64,000 nt of DNA from Azolla caroliniana. Lineage: Eukaryota > Plantae > Polypodiophyta. Where the stretch lies: assembly GCA_043228905.1 (NCBI GenBank), contig JBHGNT010000007.1:5394001-5458000 (forward strand), given 5' to 3'. Within the stretch, counting starts at the first letter, position 1; each line of letters starts with the position of its first letter. Shown here piece by piece: positions 10,798 through 22,173 of this stretch. The translations under genes were made by a program, and so were the position numbers. The notes beneath the pieces were generated by a model. It saw only the letters and a list, made by a program, of their open reading frames with translations, was not told the origin of the DNA and did no database searches.

Positions 10798-13700
10798 CTA
10801 CAAATTCCATGACATACTATTGTAAATACATTCATACACATTAGCACCAACAGTGTATAAACCGGAGCAGCTATTGTATTCTGACATTGGGACGTTGATG
10901 CACCTGACCAAATGAGAGTACATATACGCCGCTGGTTTGTCTTCTAACAGCCTGTACACATATTCGTAGTCATCTAGTTTTGCATAAAAAATGCCTTCGA
11001 TGTAGAATGTCCCGGCAGATACAAAATTTCCCCATGCATCTACAATATTCTGCCTTGCACACTGTTTACTAACCGTGCACTTTAATATATAGAAATCAGC
11101 ACCCTCTGAATTGCCTTCTTCAGCATTTACAGCGAAGTTATCCCCAACGTTCAGGACATCACTCAAAGTATCTCCAAGTCCCTCATATGTGAAGTCAGCA
11201 TTCTGCCCTGTTTCTCCATCAACTGCTTCCTTATCATTCAGAGTGTGATACTCCCAATTCTGAATGTATGCTTTGTTTAGACAATATCTCCAATTTCCCT
11301 GCACACAATGGAAGCAAAAACAAGTCAATTCTCTAACCGCAATACAATGACCATCCAACCTGGAATAACCGCGAACAACATGCAGAGATCGCAATTCGGG
11401 AATTCCTTGGCACTCCCAGGTCTTCTCCCTATTTACTTCATCTATCTTCACTTCCCAAAATTCACGTTTGTTATCTCGGACTTGTGAGGAATAAACACCT
11501 GTGGCACTCGTTGACATATTTGTTCTTAAAAATTCAACTACATGTGATGCACAATTCATGTGCACACCATCTGTCTTTAGTTGTTCATGGGTAAGTGCCC
11601 GCTTTATAACAGCCCCTGCACCATCATGTTCACCTTTACCATGGCCAGACCCAAAAAAATTCCATCTCATCTCCAAACCTGTTATAGCAGGATACCTCCC
11701 CACAAAATAAAATGGACGTCGAGCCTTGAATTGTGACGCAGCTCCGTCAGACTAGACCCAATGTTGAGTAAGCTCCAAATGTTGAGCTAATAACCACTGC
11801 CAATGTAACTTAAAACAGTGTTGGACGAACAAGGTATCATGCTTCTTATCATCGGAAATAAAGAAATGAATTACTTTTTTAACATCACCTGAAACTCGAA
11901 AATATGTTATGTGCACAAAAATGGTTACCTGAACTGAACACCAATGCATAGATTGAATTTCATTCTGTTGCTTGAAAGTATAATTCTCTGCGAAATCTAC
12001 TACTGAGACTACTACATCATTTGGGAAATCAGATATGCAAGTCTTAAACTGATGGGCCTGCCATGAATAAATGAAGTTGTGTTTAATGAACTTTCCTAGA
12101 GATACTACAAACAGAGACACCAAATCCCTTGGTTTAAGCATCTTCCGAACTAGATCCTTTCTTTTACACACCTTTCCTTCGAAATTGGTGTTCATTGACT
12201 CAAATAACTTCACAGAGATCAATATTTCACTACTCAATTCATTTGGACAACACCTAAATCTAGTAGGGCCACAATCTTGACATAAACCCATGACACATTT
12301 ATGAATATGGAAGATAGCGTCAGTTTCTCTCGGACACAATATTGAATCTAATAAATAACTCATGGAAGAGATAACGTGCTCATATGATTTACACTCCTCT
12401 TGTGGGCTTGATCGACAGATTGGGCACCCACATGTGCAAACTGTATTAGTTAGGGATGCGCTATGGTGACGTAGTAGATTAACAGAGTCCTTCAGAAAAC
12501 CCATCTGTACATGGTAAATGCAACAACATGTGTATCGATCCTTTAAGCGTCTCACAAAGTGTGGCTTAAGAGACTCGAATGTTCGTAGTTGAACTTTGAT
12601 AGTTGGATGCATTCGTTTGAACCTAATAAATAAATCGACCTGCGTAATAAAGGGGAATTAGTTATTCTCGTAACTAGCTAACTATCCTAGTAGCTAATTA
12701 GCTATTCTAGTAGCTAATTAACTATTCTAGTAGCTAATTAGCTATTCTAGTAGCTAATTAGCTGTCCTAGTAGCTAATTAGCTGTCCTAGTAGCTAATTA
12801 GCTGTCGTAGTAGCTAATTAGCTATCATGGTAGCTAATTAGCTGCTCTAGTAGCTAATTAGCTATCATGGTGGCTAATTAGCTTTCCTAGTAACTAATTA
12901 GTTGGTCTAGTAGCTAATTAGCTATCATGGTAGCTAATTAGCGGGTCTAGTAGCTAATTAGCTATCATGGTGGCTAATTAGCTGTCCTAGTAACTAATTA
13001 GCTATCATAGTAGCTAATTAGCTATCATGGTAGCTAATTAGCTGGTCTAGTAGCTAATTAGCTATAATGGTGGCTAATTAGCTGTCCTAACTAATTAGCT
13101 ATCATGGTAGCAAATTAGCTGGTCTAGTAGCTAATTAGCTATCACGGTGGCTAATTAGCTATCCTAGTAAGCTAATTAGCTATCATGGTAGCTAATTAGC
13201 TTTCCTAGTAGCTAATTAGCTGGTAATAGCGAAATAGCAAACTAGCTACCAGTATAGCTAATTATCTGGTAGTACCTAAATTAGCTATTGAGAATAGCTA
13301 ATTAGCTATCATGGTAGTAGCTATTGAGAGTAGCCAGTTACCTATGTAGTAGCTATCATAGTAGCTAATTAGCTATCATGGTAGCTAATTAGCTTTCCTA
13401 GTAGCTAATTAGCTGGTAATAACAAAATAACTAACTAGCTACCAGTACAACTAATTATCTGGTAGTACCTAAATTAGCTATTGAGAATAGCTAATTAGCT
13501 ATCATGGTAGTAGCTATTGAGAGTAGCCAGTTACCTATGTAGTAGATATCCTAGTAGCTAACTGAGGTAAATGTAACTGATAAGCTAATTAGCTTTTCTG
13601 CTAATTGAGCTAATTAACTTTCTGAGTAGAGTCAAAACAAATGTTGAGATAAATGTAAATACCTGAGGTACATCAAGAAGATGAATGGGATGCTCCTCGT

Positions 13701-14412
13701 ATTGATTTCTTCCAACACGTTTCCTGCATAAATCCTTTTTATTGGGTGAAACCCTACTCTCATTAGTCCAAAACATTGTGATTACATCCTTGATTTCAAA
13801 TGTTATGGGTGTCATTGGCTTACATCTTGTAGTTAGCTTTAGTAGACTAGTTCCTTCACCCGAGGAAATTATACGGTTCATTGTATTGTACACTGTTTTT
13901 CTACTAACACCAATTACCTTAGATAGCTCACTGATGTTTATATCGTCAACATCACTATTAAGTAACATCATTAGACTAGACCTTTTTAAGACAAGATCAT
14001 CTTCTGACCTGCTCATGGATACGAAACTATTACGCAGATTATTTACTAAAATAGATGATATGTTTGCATTAAGACCATCACAATCAACTAAGTCCTTTAT
14101 CGATGGATCATTACATATTCCATAAAGTACTACCTTCTTTTCTTCATTGCTGATGTGCTTGGTTTGAACATTGAAATAGTCTACAACCTTTCTCTCTATG
14201 ATGGTAGTCGCATTACTTACATTCTCATCTAAACTATCCTTACCTTTACTGAGTGTGGCTTTCGTATCCTTCAACAATTGACGATGTTTCCTTTTTTTTT
14301 CTGCCCAATAGTTTCGTATGGCTTGTTGTGTCTTGATAACATCATCCCTATCCTTATGATCATTGAGGGGTAATTCTAAACACCCTTCTTCCCCTTCCAT
14401 TTGGCTGGACAT
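10798..14412 (-). pseudogene. Sola2-type DDD transposase, two exons (~863 codons), one premature stop
   Basis: Exons 14412-13663 and 12639-10798, joined by GT-AG phase-0 intron 13662-12640 (LLDVPQ|VDLFIRFKRMHP). Motifs TCCCIYH, VDFAENY, WV*SDGAASQFK (TAG at 11752-11754, likely from TGG), FFGSGHGKGEHDGAGAVIKR and C-terminal CFCFHC. Confidence 0.85.
12656..13618. repeat. Second TAGCTAATTAGCTA palindrome array (20-bp unit) in the transposase intron
   Basis: tagctaattagctattctag-type 20-mers in tandem, entirely within intron 12640-13662. Confidence 0.95.
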
Positions 14413-14746
14413 GTTAAAACCCTAAATTTCCAGAAAAAAAAACAAGTATTAAAGATGGCTATGGGCAACAACAATACACAAAAATATTCCACAATACACA
14501 AGATTAGACACAACAATACACAAGATAATCAATAGAAAGAAAAGTTATTGCAATCCAAGACCGAACAGTAGAGGATTTCACTCCGTTGGATCGAACAGTT
14601 GAGGAGACGATCCAAGACCGACCAATGGCAACAACTGAGTGTAGAATGTTGCCGTTGGATGAGTGAACTCCGTCAACTCGAAATGTGGAAGCAATCCGGG
14701 ACTGGACAATAGCGGCAACTGAGTATAGAATGATGGTAATGGAGGA

Positions 14747-15317
14747 GAGAACCCCGTCAGATTAAACAGTTATCGATGATGCTTGGAACGCACATAGAAG
14801 GCACCTGAGAGTAGAGTGGCACAAAGAAGAGAACCCCTTCAGATTGAACAGTTACCAATGATGCTTGAAACGCACAGTAGCGGCCCCTGAGTGAGAGTGG
14901 AAAAGAGAAGAGAACCCCGTCAGATTGAATAGCTCTTTGATGATGCTTGGAACGCACAGTAGCGGCCCCTTGAGTGTAGAGTGGCAAAGAGAAGAGAACC
15001 CCGTCAGATTGAACAACTCTTTGATGATGCTTGGAACGCACAACAGCGGCCCCTGAGTGTAGAGTGGCACAGAGAAGAGAACCCTGTCAGATTGAACAGC
15101 TCTTCGATGATGCTTGGAACGCACAATAGTGGCCCCTAAGTGTAGAGTGGCACAGAGAAGAGAACCCCGTTAGATTGAACAGCTCTTTGATGATGCTTGG
15201 AATGCATAGTAGTGGCCCCTGAGTGTAGAGTGTCACAAAGAAGAGAACCCCGTCAGATTGAGCAGCTCTTTGATGATGCTGGGAACGCACAGTAGCGGCC
15301 CCTCAGTGTAGAGTGGC
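14747..15317. repeat. 7 x ~83-bp tandem repeat upstream of the transposase
   Basis: Unit starts gagaaccc at 14747, 14829, 14910, 14994, 15077, 15160 and 15243. Confidence 0.93.
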
Positions 15318-15645
15318 GGCAGGTGGACTCGATAGGGTTTAGCAACAGTGGTAGCAACTAACCCACAGTACTCAACTAGAGATGGCCTACGTGATGTGGC
15401 AAAGGATCATGCATAATGGACCTAGGAATTCGATATATAATTTATGGTTCACATTTATGGTGCACACATCAATTTATGTTGCACATTTATGGCACTCATT
15501 TACATATGTAATTAAAACACTCTAGTATTTTCAATGGTAGTTTTTTGCATATTTAATTTATTAATGATGGCTTTTTATTAAAATGACTATTTATCAATGG
15601 TAGCTTTTTGCATAGTTAATTAGCTATTTCAAGGACATAGCTAAT

Positions 15646-15670
15646 TGTTTCCACTCGCATGCTTTCACCC
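15646..15670 (-). repeat. Right terminal inverted repeat (25 bp)
   Basis: Reverse complement of 5112-5136; followed by ATAG. Confidence 0.92.
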
Positions 15671-16064
15671 ATAGTCAAATAACCATTATATGTAAACAAA
15701 GCATGAGAGACAAATGACGTCATGCTCTTAAGCTCTTAGTTCATGTGAGACCCTATATAAAGGGACTCTTTTCTTATGTAAAGAGGAAAAAAAAGGGGAG
15801 AAGAGAGAAGAAGAAGAAAGAAAGATATATTAACGTCTTCTAAGGCCAAAATTGGCCCATGAGACAAATTCCTATTTTCCGAGAGGCATTTGTAAAGCTT
15901 AAAAATGTTTTAAAGAATCTTTACAACCACATGCAAATAAAACATTTTCACAGTAACAAAAAATGGGATATTTACCCATTCATCGAAAGTAAAAATTAAA
16001 AATAAAAAAAAAGATAAAAATAGAGTTGTAAGCTAAATAGTTCTAGTAAAATAACAAACATGTT

Positions 16065-17210
16065 CTATATAAGAAACATGTTTTGCAATGAAAATGATGT
16101 TATACTAGGCCTAATTTCATTTCCATCCAAGTCTCTCGAAGAGAAGCGGGAGGTCAAAGGGTTTCGATGTGGATGTGGCCGTGGTCCCAATGTAAAAGGT
16201 ACCCCAACCATAACTTCTAGTCGACGTAGCTCACATTCCCTTATCTTCTTAATCTTTTCTACTCCGTGCCGACTTGTTTTGAAGCCCAACATCTGAGGGT
16301 GTTTGGTTGTTCTTTGCATTTCTGCTTCCTCAAGAGAGAGGCCAAGCGGCATAAGTGTATCCACATTCATCGTCTCCCCTTGTTCCTGAAAAATTACACT
16401 AGTTACATGTTGATGAATAGCAAAAGGGTTATGGTTAACACTTTGTAATTTATTCTCCCTATGTTGTTTTAGCTCTAAGATATACCTACCCAGTCCCTTT
16501 ACATCCGGGGTATCTAATAGTTTGGAGAGGGTGGGAGAGGGTCCTAATATGTCTTGGTATTCCGCCCGTATCTTGGCATAAGTTGGCCACTTGCATGTTA
16601 AGTGATACTCATCCTCTATCTCTATGTGGCATAACCTACATAGCCTTTCCTCTCTAGGGACTCTATTAGCTCGACCATTCTCAATCTCAAGTTGGTGAGA
16701 TGATATCCTAAGTTGTCCAATGGTCACCCTTAGTGCATTTGATAAGAATGTATCTAGATATCTTGGTCGTGTAATAAAACCTAACTTAGAGAAGTGCAAG
16801 AAGTGTTCCTTATAATACAACATTTTAGATGGGAGTGGTTCTCGTGGGGTGATCCATTTATATCAAGTGTAAATTTGCCATATTTCTTGGCGTATCACTT
16901 TATTACAGTCTTCATGAGAGATTAGAGTTTGATCAATCCCATGGTTGTACTTAAGGGGAGGTAGGTTATTAATGTCTATGCCGTTTGCAAGTAACCAACT
17001 CACCACAATGCTATACCAAGAGCTAGTGTCTCCCGATGCATGTAGTGATCGGGATGCCTCAAAGGCTCGACGGGATATCCTATCTTGTGGTTGGCTATGT
17101 ATATGATCAATAAAAACTACCACTTGAAAAAGTGATTCTACTAACATCGGGGGGAGAATGAACTTTGCTCTAATAATGTCATGTGGTACTGTCAATTTGC
17201 TTCGGAGTTG
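16065..17210 (-). pseudogene. 3' fragment of a non-LTR retrotransposon (LINE) ORF2
   Basis: LRISSHQLEIENGR...REERLCRLC...EIEDEYH...Y..IR is the post-RT Cys/His region of LINE ORF2. Truncated on its 5' side by an LTR insertion at 17215. Confidence 0.75.
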
Positions 17211-17214
17211 ACGT

Positions 17215-17303
17215 TGTCGCAGTAATTCGCGAGTACGTGTAGAAAGGGGCGGGACCACGTGGGTCTCGGACGAGGAAGAGATGGATGTCGAGAAGCCGAC
17301 TCT
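17215..17303 (-). mobile_element. LTR fragment of the Trp-primed family
   Basis: Reverse complement of the LTR end at 19295-19381; preceded by acgt; cut off at 17303. Confidence 0.7.
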
Positions 17304-20300
17304 TGTTGTCCACTGGAATAGTAACCGACGAACAGGAGTGCAGAAATATAGAATATAGTAAAAATGTAACGCATGTAAACGATTCACGCGGGAAGTGTGA
17401 ACGGCTAAAAGACCTTGTGTATATAAAGGGCAAAAATCCTCTGATAGAGGTAGCGTGTAAATTTGAATGCAGAAAGTGTATCTTAATAGAGTTCTATCTT
17501 CTCTGATCCCTGTGCGTATTTGTGATTAATCTACTGTGTGTCTGTGATTCTTGGTGGCGTAGCATAATTGTAAGATCGTAGGCGTGAGTGACAGTGTGGT
17601 TACTAGTGCACTGTCTAAGGAGTTTGGTTGTAGCCGTCTCCCTTCTACGCTACTAGGATACAGGAAGTATCCCATTAAGTATTACGGTATGACTGTACCA
17701 TTCATTGCAACGCAGTCACTTTGAGGTCTAGGTCGAAGGATTGACTGTAGACCGTGTTCCTAATCGGTAACACTTTTGGCACACTTGGTGATCTGTGTCT
17801 CCTCACAGACGAACAACGACGAATGGATGTTTAGCCGCAGACATCCCAGAGAACCAACACGACAAGACCGACCAATCACACGGTCCATCACACGCCAGGC
17901 AGAGGAACGCGCACGACAGAAACCTCGCCTCAATGACCTCAGTGATACCTGTCGGAACCACAAAGACGATTTCTCGCTCCCCAAATACCTCATCGACAAG
18001 CAAGAAGTGCGCTCACCACATAAGCACTGTGGTCTTTCCCTGCCCACCGTAGTGTCCAGCATGGCCTTCTCTTATCCCCACTTCAACGGCGAAACTGACG
18101 CCGCAACCCACATTCGACTGTTCCTGAATGTCTGGAATGCAAATCACATGGCACAGAGACTTTCCAAAGAAGTAGCGCACCAGTCCAAAATGATAGAGTT
18201 CAGATTAACCCTGGATGGGAGAGCAACGTTTTGGCATTCGTAGATGCATCTACTAGCAATCACGACCTTCGACCAGCTGTAATCGGCCTTTCTGCGTTTC
18301 TTTCATCGGAGGGTGCCGCAACACGAAATCCTTGGGCAGTTTTATACAATTAAATAGTTGTCGGTTAAGACTGTAGCGGATTTTAATTTACGCTTCCAAA
18401 ATCTACGACGGAAATTAAAACGGGGCCCGACAGAGGACGAGGCTCGGGAGACATTTCTGGCAGCTTTACGACTACCAATACGGACGACGCTTAACAACAA
18501 TAGCGTGAAAGGAGAAACGAGCGCTACAACTTGAGCTAGATGAAGAAGAGGAAAGGTTTTCGGTGTCCTCATTACGGCAAGCGTTGTTGTGAAGATTTCC
18601 GGCTATAGAGTAAAACCAGGGTGGAAAGGGCAAGTCGGTGGTGTGCAACATGTGCACATCTATAATAGGAAACGATGTATAGAATAAGAGGGAGTATTTA
18701 TCCCACATTGTAACGCCCTCCCCTCCTTGGTCTATAAAAGGAGGGAGGGGTCTCTTGTGAAAGGGTTGCCCATTTTGAGTTAGGGAGGGTATACCACTTA
18801 GGTCTAGGGTTTGGTAGTGTTCTTCCTCTTCCTCTTATTCTTGTTTCCTTAGGGTTTCTACTTTGGTCTTTTCACTCTATTTCGTTTAGGGTTTATTCTT
18901 CTCCTTCGTGTCTGTTTAGGGTTTAGCTCGGTGAAGAGCTTGTATGTTCAGTGGGGTTTGCTTTTGCTCGGTCTCTTGTGCAAGACCCCGCTCGGCGCGA
19001 TGAGCCCGAGAGCTCCCTGATCGGCGGCTTGGCAACAAATGGTTGTTGCAATCTAATCTACCTTGGTCCGGCTCGAAGCTAACATTGTATCTTGGTCTTG
19101 TATTTTTATATATATAAAGGGTTGTGCGTATTTGTGTCTATGTTGGTGTCGGGCGCGTTCCTTTCCCTTTGTTTCCTGTACATAAGAGGCATGTGTTGAG
19201 TCGGTATTGCGCGCGTAGTCTCTCTCTCTCTTCCTCTCTCGTGTTCGGTAGCCGTCGGTACGCGCCACGACTAGTGCAACCGGGATTGGAGAGAAGTCGG
19301 CTTCTCGACACCCATCTCTTCCTCGTCTGAGACTCCCATGGTCCTGCCCCTTCCTACATGTACCCGTGGATTACCGCGATATCTTTGGTGAACCCAACGT
19401 GAAAGGGCGGCAAGGGAGAATGGAGTTGGAAGAAGACAGCTTCGCACAACTTTTTCTCGAAGCGGTGAGGGAGTTTGGACGAGCAACAACAAGAAGAGAG
19501 ACGACACAACAAGCTATTGAGCGAGTGGTCGAAAGAGTCGGCCGTTTCAACGGGGACAAAGTCCCATTCTACTTGGAAGCCTACAATGTGGAAATGGAGG
19601 AGCGAGGCGTAGACGAGGCATTGAGGCTGGGTTCTTCTGTCGGGTTGTCGCCGTCCGCATGCACGCAGAAGTGAAGGAGCTCCGAGAAGCTCATAGTTCG
19701 TGGGAGGCCTTTGAAGAGGCGCTCCTGCAAGCATATGGAGGACGACGGAAGAACTGGGGATGATGTGGCTTCAACTAGTGGGTGGCATCGGCGAAGACCC
19801 ACTGGGGCGCAACGAAGGCGTTCTGAGAGTTTGAGCAATGGCTTCGTCGGCTCCTGGAGCGGGAGCAAGGTTTGGTGGGGGCGGACAAAGCCCTATTGTT
19901 CGTTAGGTCGATTGACCGAGTGGAACGGGAGGCCATCGGGATTGAGCTCGAAGACGAGGACGGAGCGAATGGCCTTATGGAGGACTGGTCGAAGGTTGGA
20001 AGGGTATGCCGACGAATAGATGACGAGTGAGCCGATAGAGCTAGGTGGAAGGTGCACGACGACGCGCCATCACAGCGGGAAGAGGGCGAGCGGCAAAGAG
20101 AGTCGGCAAGGCTCGACTTCGGGGCCAGGATTGCGGAGGCATACGTAGCTCTCGAGGCAATGGTCGAGGAAGAGGAAAGATCGAGGCTGCAAGCTGACGC
20201 CGAGGAGATGGACTTGCCCCACGAGATGGCAGAAGATCGGTACGATGGTGCCTTGGGAGAGGGTGCGAAGCAAGCGACCCTCTCGACTTGCAGAGAAAGA

Positions 20301-22173
20301 CGGGCCAAGGAGGAGGTTGGAAGCGGAGAAGAGCCCTACACGCGGATTTCGGAGACTCCGGCAATCGAGCCCGTTTGCCAACATAAGACTGGAGAGATGG
20401 AAGGTGCAAGTGAGGAGTCCTGGCACGATGCCTGCGAAGATGAATTGGGAAACGGCCTACGAGAAGGTCGAGGACGGAGCTGTGGCAGAGAAGGAGGAAA
20501 TGAGAGCTGGTGCCGATGGGAGAGGAATCGGGAGTCAAACCAACTGGGGATCGGACTGGTCGGTATCCCGATTTGGGTGGAGCACGATCCAAACGTGGAT
20601 CGTGCGACTAGGGCACGGTTCGGCATGAAGGTGCCGACACGGAAGAGGGTGCGAGACGAGCCACCCTCTTTTACATGGGGAGAAAGACCGACAGGGCGGA
20701 GGTCGGGAAGTAGGAAGAAGAAGATCGAGAGTACAGAACGAGTTCGGCGGGATCTGCATTGGAGCCGAAACTCCGGATGTTGGAAAATCAAGCCTAGGCG
20801 GGGCTTGATCGATTATAGAGTGGATGCTTTCTGCCGACACCACTAAAAGGGTCGGTGGCCCCAGATGTGTCGTTGGTAGTTGTTACGAAATCGGTGTCCC
20901 CCACATCTTGACCAGAGACTTCGTCAGTTCGGCCGGCATGGCAACGTGAGACCAAAAGAGAAGGGAGATGGTGGGGAAGCGTATGGAAAGAAGCCGACCA
21001 AACCGGAACATGATCGGTTGGGACCAAACAGGGCAAGGACCAAGCTGGCATGATTGGAGATCGGGTAGGACGAGTCGCAACACATGGTGGGAGCCGGTGA
21101 GCGCAAGAAGGAGGCCAAGCAGGCATGACGACTACGGTTCCATGAAAGACCAAAAATGGGTGGGACCCTCCAAACCTATTCTAGAGACTTCGGCGGTTGC
21201 GGATGAACGTAAGACCGGAGAGACGTCGAGTGGCGGCGAGGAGTCGGTTACTGGAGTGGAACAAGAGATGCGCGAGTGGCCATCGAGGGCCGAAGCAAGC
21301 ACGGGTACGGGACGACGTTTGGCACAGGTAGTGCCAAACAAGGAAGGCGGAAGACGCCACATGGCACGGCGACCATAGAAGGAACAAGGAGCACGTTGTC
21401 GCTTTGTTATGCGCGTGCGTGGAGAACAAGGCGGGACCACTGGGGTCTTGGACTGAGGAATAGGTGAGAAAAGGGAGAGAGAGAGAGACACGCTCACACA
21501 TGTATAGACAAAGAAGCGCACGGGAACGCGGCCAACAACACAGGAGACACGAGTTGAGCAGGAGATAGAGTATAAGAACACTAGTGTGTGTATATAAATA
21601 TATGTATGTATTTGTATGTATGCAGACGACTCGAACGGTTACAGCCAATCAGGTCGGCGAGATGGATGCCGACGCCTGATCACCCATGCACACAGGGGAG
21701 CAAGATGGAGATTCTGCCACAAGCACACGGGCATTCCACAGAGCCGAATCAGCCTCTCGAGAACCTGCGCAAAAGAAAGCTATGGAGAACGACAGGGAAG
21801 AAGAGCTCGGTCCCAGTCCGACAGCACTTCGTCCCCTCAGGCGCGTGATACCTTCTCTCCCCGTCTCCCTCTCTTTTATAGCTGAAGGAGGGAGGCCGTT
21901 TCACCCGTTTACATCACATTAATTCTCTGTCCTTTCGGATAGAGATACTCCTCGATTCTCCTTATAGAATATTGCTACCTAGGATTCGACTTTTGTGCCT
22001 ACCTATCTACTATACAACAAGGGGTGTGCCCACGTGTAAGGGCCGGTTCACACACGCTATACGCGGTTTGCGCCTGGGGACGGTTTTCTTCACGACATCC
22101 GCCCCCACCTAACCGCACATCTACCAGTATGCGCCAAAATTGGGTTCCTACTGGAGAAAACCGGTCCTTGCTT

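Larger units (their letters stand above)
5112..15670 (-). mobile_element. Full-length Sola2-like DDD DNA transposon (10,559 bp) carrying an accessory gene
   Basis: TIRs gggtaaaagcatgcgagtggaaaca (5112-5136) and tgtttccactcgcatgctttcaccc (15646-15670), 24/25 match. TSD ATAG at 5108-5111 and 15671-15674. GRG termini, 4-bp TSD and transposase motifs DFAENY / SDGAASQFK / HGKGEHDG fit Sola2. Confidence 0.85.

Noticed and set aside
10798-12612. CACTA/Mutator/hAT assignment for the transposase
   Set aside because: Termini are not CACTA, the TSD is 4 bp rather than 3 or 8-10 bp, and the motifs fit the Sola2 DDD triad.
14747-15317. Regularly spaced repeats resembling a CRISPR array (also 52058-52542 and 3261-4255)
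   Set aside because: Whole units repeat with no unique spacers, there are no cas genes, and the context is eukaryotic.
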